Source of the DNA: Candidatus Omnitrophota bacterium
Lineage (GTDB): Bacteria; Omnitrophota; Omnitrophia; Omnitrophales; Aquincolibacteriaceae
NCBI GenBank assembly: GCA_035368605.1
Contig: DAOSLF010000003.1
Span: 889 to 64,888, forward strand
Direction of reading: 5' to 3'
Length of the DNA stretch: 64,000 bases
A program made the translations under genes and the position numbers. Below, one piece after another: positions 18,382-28,059 of this stretch (positions within the stretch are counted from its first letter, which is position 1; the number at the start of each line of letters is the position of its first letter). Under the pieces are notes generated by a model. It ran no database searches. It was not told the origin of the DNA and worked only from the letters and a program-made list of their open reading frames with translations.

Positions 18382-21183
18382 TTAAACATTTATACCCTGC
18401 CCTGTGTTGTATTTCTTGAGGCACCGCCCCGTATAAGACCGCTCGCACGCGAGAAGACCCGGGACATCCCCTGCGTAGAGGACCTCGCCACCCCTGTCGC
18501 CCCCCTCGGGTCCGAGATCGATCACATGGTCCGCGAGACTGATCAGTCCCATATGGTGTTCGATCACAAAGAGCGAATGCCCGCGCGCGAGGAGCTCGTC
18601 AAAAGCCTTCAGCAAATGATGGATATCCCGCTCATGAAGACCGGTGGTCGGTTCGTCGAGGAGATAGAGGGATGGTTCCGGTCCCAATTCGGTAAGCTCC
18701 GACGCGAGCTTCAGGCGTTGCGCCTCCCCTCCCGACAACGTGAGCGTCGGCTGTCCGAGCCGGAGATAGCCGAGGCCGATCCTGCGGAGGATATCCAGTT
18801 TCTCGATGAGGCCCTTGCGATCCGCGAAGAAGACGGCCGCTTCATCCACGGTCATATTGAGGACCTGATCGATGTTCTTTCCCTGATATTCGATCTCGAG
18901 GATCTCGCCCTTGAAACGTTTCCCGCGGCAGGCTTCACAGGGGACAAAGACATCCGCGAGAAAATGCATCTCCACCTTCACGGCACCATCCCCCTTGCAG
19001 GCCGGACAGCGGCCTTTCTCGGAATTGAAGGAAAAGTGACCGGCATCGAATCCCGCGCGCCGGGCCGCCTGGGTCGCGGCAAAGAGTTTGCGGATCTCTT
19101 CGAACGCCTTCGTATAGGTCGCTGGATTGGACCGGGGAGAGCGGCCGATCGGTGACTGGTCGATCACGATCATCTTCGCGATGTGCTCGAATCCCGTGAC
19201 ACGGCCCGCTTCGCCAAGTTCTTCGCGGGAAACAGGTTCGCCGCGGGATTTCAGATAATGATGATAGAGAACATCATAGAGCAGCGTGCTTTTCCCGGAA
19301 CCTGAAACGCCGGTCAGGACCGTCAGCCGTCCGAGCGGGACCGTCACACTGATATTTTTCAGGTTATGCGCCCGCGCGTTTATGATCGTGATCGCCGCTG
19401 TTTTATTCCGGGCCGCGCGGCCGGATTCCGGAACGCGGAACGCCCGTGTCAGTTTTTCCCGTCCCGAAAGATAGCGGGCCGTGTGGGAGTCCTTCACGCC
19501 AGGGAGTCCCCGGACAGGTCCCTGATAAATGAGCCGTCCTCCTCCGGCGCCGCCGTCCGGACCGAGGTCGATCACTTCGTCGGCGGCTTCAATCATCGTC
19601 CGGTCGTGTTCGACCACAACAACCGTATTCCCGAGGTCGCGCAGTTTTTTGAGGAGATTGATCAGCATTTCGTTGTCGCGCTCGTGCAACCCGACGCTCG
19701 GCTCGTCCAGCACATACAGCGTGTCGACAAGCGCCGAACCGAGCGAGCTCGCGAGATGGATCCGCTCCACTTCCCCGCCCGAAAGGGTGCGGGACATCCG
19801 GTCAAGCGTGAGGTAGCCGAGGCCGACCTCTTTCAGAAAGCCGACACGCGCAAGAAGTTCCTCGTGCACGGGGCCGGTCTTCTCCCTTTCCGCAGGCCGG
19901 AATTCGATTCCGCGAAGGAATTCGAGCAGCCGGTCGACCGGCATCGCCTGGATTTCGGCGATCGTCTTGCCGCCGACCCGGTAATTCATCGCCTCCGGTT
20001 TCAGACGGGCGGTCCCGCAGGCCGAACACGGAATGTAGCCGCGGTAGCGGTTCAGGAAAATCCGAACGTGCATCTTGTAGATCTTCTTCGCGAGGTAATC
20101 GAAGAAATCCCGCACGCTGAAGTATTCGTCTCCTTCGCGTCCGTTAAAAATCCATTCCTGGTGCTCTTTTTTGAGTTTCGCCCAGGGCTTTTTGACAGGA
20201 ATGCGTTTCCTCGAACAGAAATCGAGCAGTTGCCCCTGCTCCCAGCGGGTGCTCGCCTTCGTCCACGGCTCGATCGCGCCGCCGCTGATCGAACGCGAAG
20301 GATCGGGAATGACGAGGTCCCGGTCGATCGTGATGACGCGTCCGAACCCCTGGCAGACGGGGCAGGCGCCGAGCGGGCTGTTGAACGAGAAAAGGTTGGA
20401 CGTGGGTTCGGGGAACGTCCGGTCGCAGGAAATACAGCGGAGCTTCTCGGAAAAGGTCAATCGCTCGCCATCGGTCCATGCCTGGACCTCGCCCTGCCCG
20501 TAACGGAACCCGGTCTCGAGCGAATCGATCAGACGTTCCCGTTCATTCGCGGCGGGGATCAGTTCGTCAATCCCCACGAAAAGTTCCTCAGGCGCCGGCT
20601 TGGCCGCGACGACCGCACTTCCCTCGCGCCATTCGCCTTTATGAAAGAACGGGCCAAACCCTTGCCGCTCGAGTTCGGCGATATTCTCCTTCAGGTATTT
20701 TTTCCCGGATCTCCCGACCGCGATCCGGATCACGATCCGGAACTTTCGGCCCGAAGCGTCCGCGATCAGCCGGTCCGCCGTGCCCGCCGGGTCGTGGCTC
20801 TCAACCTCTTTCCCGCAATCCGGACAAGTCAGGCGCCCCGCCCGGGCGAAAAGGACCCGGAGATAGTCGTTGATCTCGGTCTGGGTGCCAACCGTCGAGC
20901 GGGCATTTGTGACGATATTCTTGGCCTGGATCGCGATCGCGGGAGGGATTCCGGTGGCGCTTTCGAGATCCGGCTTCGGCATCCGCTCGAGGAATTGGCG
21001 GGCATACGCGGAAACGGACTCGAGATAGCGGCGCTGTCCCTCCGCATACAGGGTGTCAAAGGCAAGGGATGATTTTCCCGATCCGGAGACACCCGTTACG
21101 ACATAGAACTTCCGGTGCGGAAGCCTGAGGTGGAGGTTCTTGAGATTGTGGGTCCTGACCCCGCGGAGCTCGATGGAATCCAA
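18382..21183 (-). CDS. uvrA: excinuclease ABC subunit A
   Basis: Two ABC ATPase modules (GVSGSGKSSL..., second GVSGSGKSTL...) and zinc-finger Cys clusters give full-length UvrA similarity. The conserved N-terminus IELRGVRTHNLKN begins near 21170. No in-frame ATG precedes it, so the proposed start is the TTG at ~21183. The open frame continues to 21354 across the upstream lipoprotein gene. Confidence 0.9.
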   Translation of the reverse strand: MDSIELRGVRTHNLKNLHLRLPHRKFYVVTGVSGSGKSSLAFDTLYAEGQRRYLESVSAYARQFLERMPKPDLESATGIPPAIAIQAKNIVTNARSTVGTQTEINDYLRVLFARAGRLTCPDCGKEVESHDPAGTADRLIADASGRKFRIVIRIAVGRSGKKYLKENIAELERQGFGPFFHKGEWREGSAVVAAKPAPEELFVGIDELIPAANERERLIDSLETGFRYGQGEVQAWTDGERLTFSEKLRCISCDRTFPEPTSNLFSFNSPLGACPVCQGFGRVITIDRDLVIPDPSRSISGGAIEPWTKASTRWEQGQLLDFCSRKRIPVKKPWAKLKKEHQEWIFNGREGDEYFSVRDFFDYLAKKIYKMHVRIFLNRYRGYIPCSACGTARLKPEAMNYRVGGKTIAEIQAMPVDRLLEFLRGIEFRPAEREKTGPVHEELLARVGFLKEVGLGYLTLDRMSRTLSGGEVERIHLASSLGSALVDTLYVLDEPSVGLHERDNEMLINLLKKLRDLGNTVVVVEHDRTMIEAADEVIDLGPDGGAGGGRLIYQGPVRGLPGVKDSHTARYLSGREKLTRAFRVPESGRAARNKTAAITIINARAHNLKNISVTVPLGRLTVLTGVSGSGKSTLLYDVLYHHYLKSRGEPVSREELGEAGRVTGFEHIAKMIVIDQSPIGRSPRSNPATYTKAFEEIRKLFAATQAARRAGFDAGHFSFNSEKGRCPACKGDGAVKVEMHFLADVFVPCEACRGKRFKGEILEIEYQGKNIDQVLNMTVDEAAVFFADRKGLIEKLDILRRIGLGYLRLGQPTLTLSGGEAQRLKLASELTELGPEPSLYLLDEPTTGLHERDIHHLLKAFDELLARGHSLFVIEHHMGLISLADHVIDLGPEGGDRGGEVLYAGDVPGLLACERSYTGRCLKKYNTGQGINV

Positions 21184-21199
21184 GGAAATCCCGGACGAA

Positions 21200-21590
21200 C
21201 TACCTGGCGTCGCTCGGGAGCCTGTCGCCGATCCAGTCGATGATCTCGCCGCTGCTGAGCCGCTGCCGGGAGTCGGGCGCGAGAGACACCGAGGTCTGTT
21301 CCCGGTCGACCCGTTTGACGAGGATCGAGATAACGCGTTTGTCAGCGTCGTCAAAGCGGGTGTACTCGGTGTTGCGGACCGTGATGAGGCCTTTTTCCTT
21401 GTCGGTGGACTCGAGTTCCCATCCGGGCTTCGCGTTCAGAGCCATCAGGGTGTTCATGTAGGTCAGGTCATAAGGCTTGTTATAAAGAAGGACCTCGTCG
21501 TGGACCGGGAGGACCTTGTGGACCGACGAACAGCCGGGAAGATAGAGGCACGCGAGAACGGCAACACACATCAGGATTTTTTTCATCATG
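21200..21590 (-). CDS. hypothetical lipoprotein (130 aa)
   Basis: MMKKILMCVAVLACLYLPGCSS has a lipobox and follows a GGAGAT SD. Hypothetical. Confidence 0.7.
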
Positions 21591-21655
21591 GATATCTCCT
21601 TAACCCCGCAGGGTCTCGATTTGAAGCCGGCTTTTTTGTCCGTCACCGGACAGGG

Positions 21656-24600
21656 CTAGAACTTCCCCGTCATCCGCACGAACGGACCGCTGTTATGATA
21701 ATTGTTCGCGTCCCGGAGGTCATCCGTAAAATCGGTAAAATTATAACCGATCCCGATCCGCACGTAATCATAGATTTCACGATCAACCTCGAAAAGCATC
21801 CCGTGCCGTATCGTATCGAGCGCGGAGGATTGCCACAAGAGCCGATATTCGGCCGCGATATCCCATTTCCGGGTCACATGGAAATTAATGCGGCTGACAG
21901 ACAAGAAATTACCGGTATCCGTCTCATCAAGCGTGTTACGGGCCAAAGTGAACAAGTCGCGATCCTGGGTGATCAGCGTTGCCCGTTTCCACGCCAGTTT
22001 CTGTGCGAGACCGAAGAACCGATTCACGTCATAGATCGCGTCCATTGAGATAACATGCGCGATCTCATGGAACATGTTTTCGTTGTAATAAGAATTCACG
22101 TACTGAAAATCATTTCCGATGTCTCTCAAATAGCTATACTTAAAGAGAAAATTCAGGTGGTCAAGACCAATAGGGCGATAGGCAAAAGCCACGGTAAAAT
22201 CCGCAAAATTCCCAAGATTTGTTTGCTTGCTTTCATCCACGAGATCGAAAAGATAGGTGGCGCCATAATCAAATTTGGTCAGAAAAGTCAGCTCGCGATG
22301 AATTTGATATTGAAATGAATTGCGCAAGACCAGCTGATTACCCTTGGGATACGCACCATTGCTTCTCAGTTCCGCATAAGTCCGCGCACGGAGTTTTCTG
22401 CCGTCCGCGTAGGCCAGATAGCCTCCATAAACGTTGGAGCTGTTATTCTGCGCCAGGCTATTTTCAACCAATGTCAGCAGATTCCGGGCCATCGAACTGT
22501 CCAAGTGCCGCCGCTCATACTTCGCGCCGTAATCCCAGTGGTCGTTCAGCGCGCCCTCATAGCCGAGAATATCCGCAAAACCATCCACGCCCTGGTAGGA
22601 GGAGTACTCGCGTTCCGAATAAATTCGCGATTTCTCGGTAAGCGAAAAAGAGCTCCCGATCGCGGTTGAGAGTGTCCTCGAACCAATGCCGCGGTCGATC
22701 GAGCGGAGGTTCGCATAGCTTCGCGCGCCGTTGCCGTGGTTCCTTTCGAAGCCGAAGTAGGTCGAATCCCCCAGCGGACCGAACATCTGCTCGATATAAC
22801 CGAAGACATCCTTGATCAGCTCGCAACGCACACCGCCGCCAAACTGGTAATTGTCCGCCGAGTGAAGAGTCGTTTGCGCTTTCACATACGGCAAGAGGCG
22901 GTCATTGATATGGTAGCCGATCTTGGTCGCGATGCCGTGCTCATAGGGGATTTCGGAATAAAGCGAGGGCGTCAGGTTGGCAGCGTCCTGGACTTGGTCG
23001 ATGTTGCTGCGCTGGTATTCGGCCTGGGCAAGGTATTTGCCGTTATCGTAGGCAAGCTGGGCCGTGTGGGTCTGCAGGTCTTCGTAAGGGGCCATGATAT
23101 TATGCTCGGCAAGAGGCATCAACTGGCCGATCACCTCGCTTGAATCGAAACGGTAGCGGGCCGAGAAATTATCGGTGAACTTGTAACGGCTCGCGAGACC
23201 GTATTTCTTGAAACCTTCCTGGCTCGTCATGTGGCCGTTCGAAAAACTCGGCTCCACGCCCTGGACGTAACCGCTCACTTCGAGGTTCCTCACGGGTTCC
23301 GACTGCGCGCGGATCAGGTAGGCGTCCTCGCGCGGCCGCGTGTTGTCCCCGCGCAGGTTCCCTTCCGTCCCGAAGCTGAGCCCTCCGTCGAAAGAGACCG
23401 AGGAATCCATCTGCTTGTTCGCGGTGGTCGCGTACTCCGCGGTGATCTTGGTGTTGCGGCCGAACTTCATCATCAGGTCAACGCCGCGCATGTCGTAATC
23501 GTTGCCGCCGGTCCGTTTTTCCTCGACCGCCGTTGCACCGAGCCTCACGTGATCGCCGGCCCACACGTAACCGCGCAGACCGCGGTTGCCGATCTCCGGA
23601 AGGTCCGACGAGGAAGGTTCATACTCGTAGTCCACGATCAGGTAAACGGGATTGCCGTCCATGATATCGGCCGAAACGAGCGAATCCGTCGCGGCGACGG
23701 ACGAGAGCGGGCGGGAAAGAAGGATGCGGCCTTCGGCGTAGCTGATCTCGTAATCCGTCCCTTCCGTCATGTCGTGGCTCGTCAGCACCATCCCCGTAAT
23801 CTTGTCGCGGATCTCGACGCGAATCTTTTCGCTACCTTCGATCAGGTTCCGGTTGCGCGTGTAGAAAAGGGAGCCGCCCGTCGCGTAGAACTCGTTATGG
23901 TCGGCCCGTTTGTCCGAATCAGCCCAGAAAAACCGGAGACCGCGCTTCGGGTCCCCGTAGACCGTGCTCGCGACCGAATCGAAACTCCCCTTGAGGCCGG
24001 AGAGCGTCCGGTTATAGGTGGCCAGTTCGGTATCCGTGAATTCCGTCTTGAAGCTCCCCCATTTCAGATAAGACTTGTCCATCTCGACCAGCACATAGAG
24101 CCGCTGGGCCGTGTCCTGCGCCTCGTAGTCGCGTGCCGAGTAGTCGCCGTAGACCGGATAGTATTCGTCAGGGTCGAGGTTCGTGAACAGCGCGGAACGG
24201 CGATCCGAGGTGTCGTAGTGAGCCTTGACGAGGAACTTCCCCTTGAGTTTCGATTTCAGGAAAAAGGCCGCGCGGCCGTCCTCGGTGAACCCGTCGCGGT
24301 AGGCGTCGGAATCCGCGGCTTCCATCGCCCCGTTCGCGAAATTGATGCCGAGCTGCTCCTCGCCAAGGGCGACCATGAAGAACGTGCTGTCCTTGACCTT
24401 GATCTTTTCCTGGTAGGTCGTGCTTTCCCCTTTCGGATCCGCGGCCATGATGTTGAACTCGTGCTCGCCGGGCTCGACGAAGAACTCCTTCTGGAACATG
24501 CCGGTCTCGGGGTCCACTGTCACGGGGAGGTCGTTGATCATGACCTGGTACTCGGGTCTTGTCTTGCCCTGGACCCGGACCGTCGGTTTCGCGATGAGGG

Positions 24601-26419
24601 GGATGCTGCGCTTGCCGTCCTTAAAGAGGTTGAAATCCCCGACCGCCGGAAGCTCGGGCTGGTAGTTCTTCTGGGCCCTGGGATCGAGCTTGTTGTAGAC
24701 CTCGAAGAACTTGAGGGTTGTCCAATCCTCGTGGTGCTTCGCATCGCGAACCTTGAGCTGGTACGAATAGACGCCGGGCTTGATCATGAAACCATTCTCG
24801 GCCTTCCCGTCCCACGTCACCTCCGCGGGCGGCGCACCGATGCCGTAACCGGTCCAGACGGGCACGCCCATTTCGTCGCGGACCTCGATGGCCCATTTCT
24901 TGACGAACCTGGCGTAATTGGTGTCGAGCCTGAAGAGCGCGTCCTTTTCGAGGACCCCGACGCCGAGCTTCAGGAGCTCCGGTTCCATCATAATGTCAAG
25001 GTCCGGCCGGGAGATATCAACCCCCTGCGTGACCATGACCATCAGGTCCTTGCGGAACGCCTCGGGAATGCCGGAGGGCGGGAGCAGGACGGCAAAACTC
25101 GCCTTGCCCATGAGACCGGGCGTGATCTTCACGAGATAGGTCTCTTCGGTGATGAATTTCGTTCCTTCGGGAAGCGTATGCCCGTCGATCTTGACGAGAT
25201 GGCGGCCCGGCGCGACGCCGGGGATGTGATAGCGGCCGTACTCATCGGTGACAACCTTGATGCCCTCTTCCGTATAAAGCGTCACCCACGGCACGCCCTC
25301 TTCACCGCATTGCTGGACGCCGTCCTGGTTAAGATCGTTAAAGACCTTGCCGATGATGGTCCCCTCCTCAAAGATCGGATCGCCCACGACCGTGAACTGC
25401 ACGTGCGCCGTTTCGGAAAGCGTGCCGCCGCTCCCCTCCACCGTAACCTCCAGCGAATATGTCTTCCCGAGCTGGACACCGCTCGTCACGAGCGTGGCAA
25501 ACGTCACGTCATACGAGGCGCCGGGTCCGATCGTCCCGAGCGGGATGAGCAGCGAGCCGTCCTGCCCGGCGACCGACTTCCCGTTCACGCGGATCGAATG
25601 CTCGGCGTAGTCGAACCCGTTCGGAATCTTGACCCGCATGTTCGAGTTCGTGAAGGTGTTGCCGGAACTATTCCGGAAATGCGCATTAATCCCGATCGCG
25701 TCTCCTTTCTTGATGTGACGCTTGGACGCCGCAACCGTAAGCTTTGCCGGATTCACTTCCGCGTTCAGATCGTCATACAGAATATTTCCATATCGGGGAA
25801 CTGCACCGGCGCTGACACCGTTGGCATCCAAAACAAAAACAACTTTGGCCGCATTTTCAGGAACGATCGCAGTTATCGAAAAGAGCGTCCAGACGCCCAC
25901 CGGAGCGGTGGCAGCAGTGATTTTTCCCGTTTCAACGGGAGTTCCGATTTTCACCCCGGAGGCGTCCTCGAACTCGATCTTCATTCTCCCCCCCGTGTCC
26001 GCTGCCATGATGTCCGATTGGGCATAGCCCGAGAAAGTAATGTAATCTCCCGGCTTCACGTTGCTGTAGGTCTGGAACGTGAAGGTGCTTTCATAAAAAG
26101 CCGGCGCGTCAAAATAGGCCTGCAAATAAAGCGCGTAGGAGCCGTTCCTCGGGGCGAGAAAACCGGGCGGCAACCCGGCGGGATTAACCACTCCATCCCA
26201 GCGCCCCATTTTGGCGGTCGTGTTCAAAGGCCTGGTGTTATCTGCCCAGTTATTCTGCGTCCCGTCCCCAAGCGGCTGTTCAAAACTCGGGTTGCCGAGC
26301 ACGTTGGCGAAGGCGGAAGGCGTAAAAGCGAAAAACAGCCACAAACCACAAAACCATACGGCAATACGAAGCCGGGGCGCTTTCTTGGCGGGCATGTGGT
26401 GTGTGGCGCGTGACATCAT
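21656..26419 (-). CDS. giant (1587 aa) outer-membrane-associated surface protein: CBM4/9-like N-terminal domain, DUF11-like and SdrD-B-like repeats, large C-terminal beta-barrel-like region
   Basis: A signal peptide (…FAFTPSAFA) is followed by NVLGNPSFEQ..., the hallmark opening of CBM4_9-type modules. KVFNDLNQDGVQQCGEEGVPWVTLYTEEGIKVVTDEYGRYHI matches the SdrD B-type (CnaB-like) repeat. The last ~900 aa are rich in Y/G/N/D with alternating hydrophobics and end ...VRMTGKF (terminal Phe, an OMP beta-barrel signature). The ATG immediately follows the stop of the upstream OMP gene. Confidence 0.6.
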   Translation of the reverse strand: MMSRATHHMPAKKAPRLRIAVWFCGLWLFFAFTPSAFANVLGNPSFEQPLGDGTQNNWADNTRPLNTTAKMGRWDGVVNPAGLPPGFLAPRNGSYALYLQAYFDAPAFYESTFTFQTYSNVKPGDYITFSGYAQSDIMAADTGGRMKIEFEDASGVKIGTPVETGKITAATAPVGVWTLFSITAIVPENAAKVVFVLDANGVSAGAVPRYGNILYDDLNAEVNPAKLTVAASKRHIKKGDAIGINAHFRNSSGNTFTNSNMRVKIPNGFDYAEHSIRVNGKSVAGQDGSLLIPLGTIGPGASYDVTFATLVTSGVQLGKTYSLEVTVEGSGGTLSETAHVQFTVVGDPIFEEGTIIGKVFNDLNQDGVQQCGEEGVPWVTLYTEEGIKVVTDEYGRYHIPGVAPGRHLVKIDGHTLPEGTKFITEETYLVKITPGLMGKASFAVLLPPSGIPEAFRKDLMVMVTQGVDISRPDLDIMMEPELLKLGVGVLEKDALFRLDTNYARFVKKWAIEVRDEMGVPVWTGYGIGAPPAEVTWDGKAENGFMIKPGVYSYQLKVRDAKHHEDWTTLKFFEVYNKLDPRAQKNYQPELPAVGDFNLFKDGKRSIPLIAKPTVRVQGKTRPEYQVMINDLPVTVDPETGMFQKEFFVEPGEHEFNIMAADPKGESTTYQEKIKVKDSTFFMVALGEEQLGINFANGAMEAADSDAYRDGFTEDGRAAFFLKSKLKGKFLVKAHYDTSDRRSALFTNLDPDEYYPVYGDYSARDYEAQDTAQRLYVLVEMDKSYLKWGSFKTEFTDTELATYNRTLSGLKGSFDSVASTVYGDPKRGLRFFWADSDKRADHNEFYATGGSLFYTRNRNLIEGSEKIRVEIRDKITGMVLTSHDMTEGTDYEISYAEGRILLSRPLSSVAATDSLVSADIMDGNPVYLIVDYEYEPSSSDLPEIGNRGLRGYVWAGDHVRLGATAVEEKRTGGNDYDMRGVDLMMKFGRNTKITAEYATTANKQMDSSVSFDGGLSFGTEGNLRGDNTRPREDAYLIRAQSEPVRNLEVSGYVQGVEPSFSNGHMTSQEGFKKYGLASRYKFTDNFSARYRFDSSEVIGQLMPLAEHNIMAPYEDLQTHTAQLAYDNGKYLAQAEYQRSNIDQVQDAANLTPSLYSEIPYEHGIATKIGYHINDRLLPYVKAQTTLHSADNYQFGGGVRCELIKDVFGYIEQMFGPLGDSTYFGFERNHGNGARSYANLRSIDRGIGSRTLSTAIGSSFSLTEKSRIYSEREYSSYQGVDGFADILGYEGALNDHWDYGAKYERRHLDSSMARNLLTLVENSLAQNNSSNVYGGYLAYADGRKLRARTYAELRSNGAYPKGNQLVLRNSFQYQIHRELTFLTKFDYGATYLFDLVDESKQTNLGNFADFTVAFAYRPIGLDHLNFLFKYSYLRDIGNDFQYVNSYYNENMFHEIAHVISMDAIYDVNRFFGLAQKLAWKRATLITQDRDLFTLARNTLDETDTGNFLSVSRINFHVTRKWDIAAEYRLLWQSSALDTIRHGMLFEVDREIYDYVRIGIGYNFTDFTDDLRDANNYHNSGPFVRMTGKF

Positions 26420-27994
26420 TTAAAACCGCCTGTGCGAGAACTTCATTCCAAAACGGAGGTCGTAACGGATGGCATCGGGAGCTTCCCCGTCCTGCTTGGA
26501 GTGCTGAACTTTACCGATCGCAAGCCATTCCCCGAAGATCGCTATTTTGGAAAGCCACTCGTCTTCTTTCCAGCGATAGGACCTGAACGGCATCCAGCGG
26601 ATTCCGGGAGCAAGGTAATACTGGTTTTGATAATGATAAGAGTATTCGTCATTGCTTGTATGCTCAAAACGGAGGTAAGGCATCAGGACCAATTCATCGT
26701 TGATCGGGTTATGCGGGAGCGGGATAGCGGGCAGCTTGATCCCCATGATCACGGAGGAGTTCAGAATCCAGGCGTTGAAATGACGCATCTCGCTAAAATC
26801 GGTTTTATGCCACCGGTAGTCGCCGAAATATTCGCCCCACACATATTGACGGAGATAATCGGCAAAACGTTCGGGCTTTCCTTCGTCCAGAGGCGGCAAC
26901 TCCGTGCCCCATTCATAGAAAATCTGAACCCCGGCAACCAGATCGTAGTCTTTCGCGTTCTGGATCTCGTCCTTGATGTTGTAACGGTTGCCGTATTTGA
27001 TATAGAACTTGTAATTCCGGACCCATTCAAGGAGCGGGATGTCCCAGCCGAACGGGCGGAAGTTGTAAAGCCAGGGATTGCGCGCGAAGGGACGCCATTC
27101 GAATCCGGCGAAGATATCGAAGTGGCTCTTGTAATCCGCCCCGACCGCTTCGATCGTTGTCGTCTCCTCGAAGAAGGGATCGATGGTGCTGAGCGGGGCG
27201 CGGATGCCTTTAAGGACGATGCGGTTCGTCCAGTAGCCGACCTGGCTGTTGAAGTTCCTGTTCTCGAGGTTGGTCATGCGGTAGGTTGTTTCGCCGAAGG
27301 ACTGCCACAGCACCGGTTCGCCGGCCGGCTCGCCCTGGAAGGGGCCCCACATCTTTTCCCCGAGATCGAGCTGGTCCGCGAATTTAAGAACGAGCTCTTC
27401 TTCCTTCTGGTACTGGGCCTTCGTCTTCACGGGCTCCGGTTTTTCAGGCGCGACAAACACCGGCACGGCCTGGACGCTCTTTGCGAAATTCCCGCCCTGG
27501 GATTCGATCCTCGATTTGACGCGGGTCACTTCCGCGGTCGCCTGGGCGGCCGTCGGGAAGGCCTTGTCCCCGACCCAGAAAAGATCGGACGTTCCCCCGC
27601 CCGCGAGCGGGAGGGGAAGTTTGCGGATCTCTACGCCTTCGAAATTCGCGACCTGCAGGTTCTTCTTGATGTATTCGTCGATCGCCTTGATGTCTTTCAG
27701 GCCGGGAAGGAAACGCGATCGGAGCGCGCCGCCCCCGAAATCTGTCACGATGGAATATTCGGCGTTCTGCGGCCGCGAGCGGGTCTTGATCACGGGAAAG
27801 CCGCGGACCCCGGAGACCTTCAGGTCGAGTTTCTGGCCGGACGGGGCGTAGAAATGCTCGGCGTAGAGATTTCTCCCGGGAGTTTCGGCCGGAGCGGCTT
27901 CAGGCTCGGTCGTCAGGATGCCCGCAAACGCAGGGGAGGAACAGAAAAGAACCGCGCTTGCCAAAACAGGGGGTATGAAATTTTTAAGTATCAT
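26420..27994 (-). CDS. outer-membrane beta-barrel protein (524 aa), hypothetical
   Basis: Signal peptide (…SSPAFAG), aromatic-rich alternating pattern, C-terminal ...KFSHRRF. The stop codon abuts the start of the giant surface-protein gene (TAA ATG ATG). Confidence 0.6.
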   Translation of the reverse strand: MILKNFIPPVLASAVLFCSSPAFAGILTTEPEAAPAETPGRNLYAEHFYAPSGQKLDLKVSGVRGFPVIKTRSRPQNAEYSIVTDFGGGALRSRFLPGLKDIKAIDEYIKKNLQVANFEGVEIRKLPLPLAGGGTSDLFWVGDKAFPTAAQATAEVTRVKSRIESQGGNFAKSVQAVPVFVAPEKPEPVKTKAQYQKEEELVLKFADQLDLGEKMWGPFQGEPAGEPVLWQSFGETTYRMTNLENRNFNSQVGYWTNRIVLKGIRAPLSTIDPFFEETTTIEAVGADYKSHFDIFAGFEWRPFARNPWLYNFRPFGWDIPLLEWVRNYKFYIKYGNRYNIKDEIQNAKDYDLVAGVQIFYEWGTELPPLDEGKPERFADYLRQYVWGEYFGDYRWHKTDFSEMRHFNAWILNSSVIMGIKLPAIPLPHNPINDELVLMPYLRFEHTSNDEYSYHYQNQYYLAPGIRWMPFRSYRWKEDEWLSKIAIFGEWLAIGKVQHSKQDGEAPDAIRYDLRFGMKFSHRRF

Positions 27995-28059
27995 TAAAAA
28001 TTTTTAGTTTTTGGCTTTCGGCTTTTGCAAAACTTTAATGAACAAGGTCCCGCCAAAAC

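Noticed and set aside
21591-21655. GUGA-tetraloop hairpin (guccg-guga-cggac) between the giant surface-protein stop and the lipoprotein SD as a terminator
   Set aside because: It is followed by an A-rich rather than a U-rich tract on the transcribed strand. More likely an intra-operon structure than a terminator.
15889-27997. Long plus-strand ORFs (15889-16971, 19366-21072, 23231-26413, 26432-27997, and others such as 32612-33967, 43612-45054, 47655-48707, 58043-59740)
   Set aside because: Each is antisense to a well-supported minus-strand gene with clear homology. Their translations are Arg/Pro/Gly-rich low-complexity sequences typical of spurious antisense ORFs in high-GC DNA.
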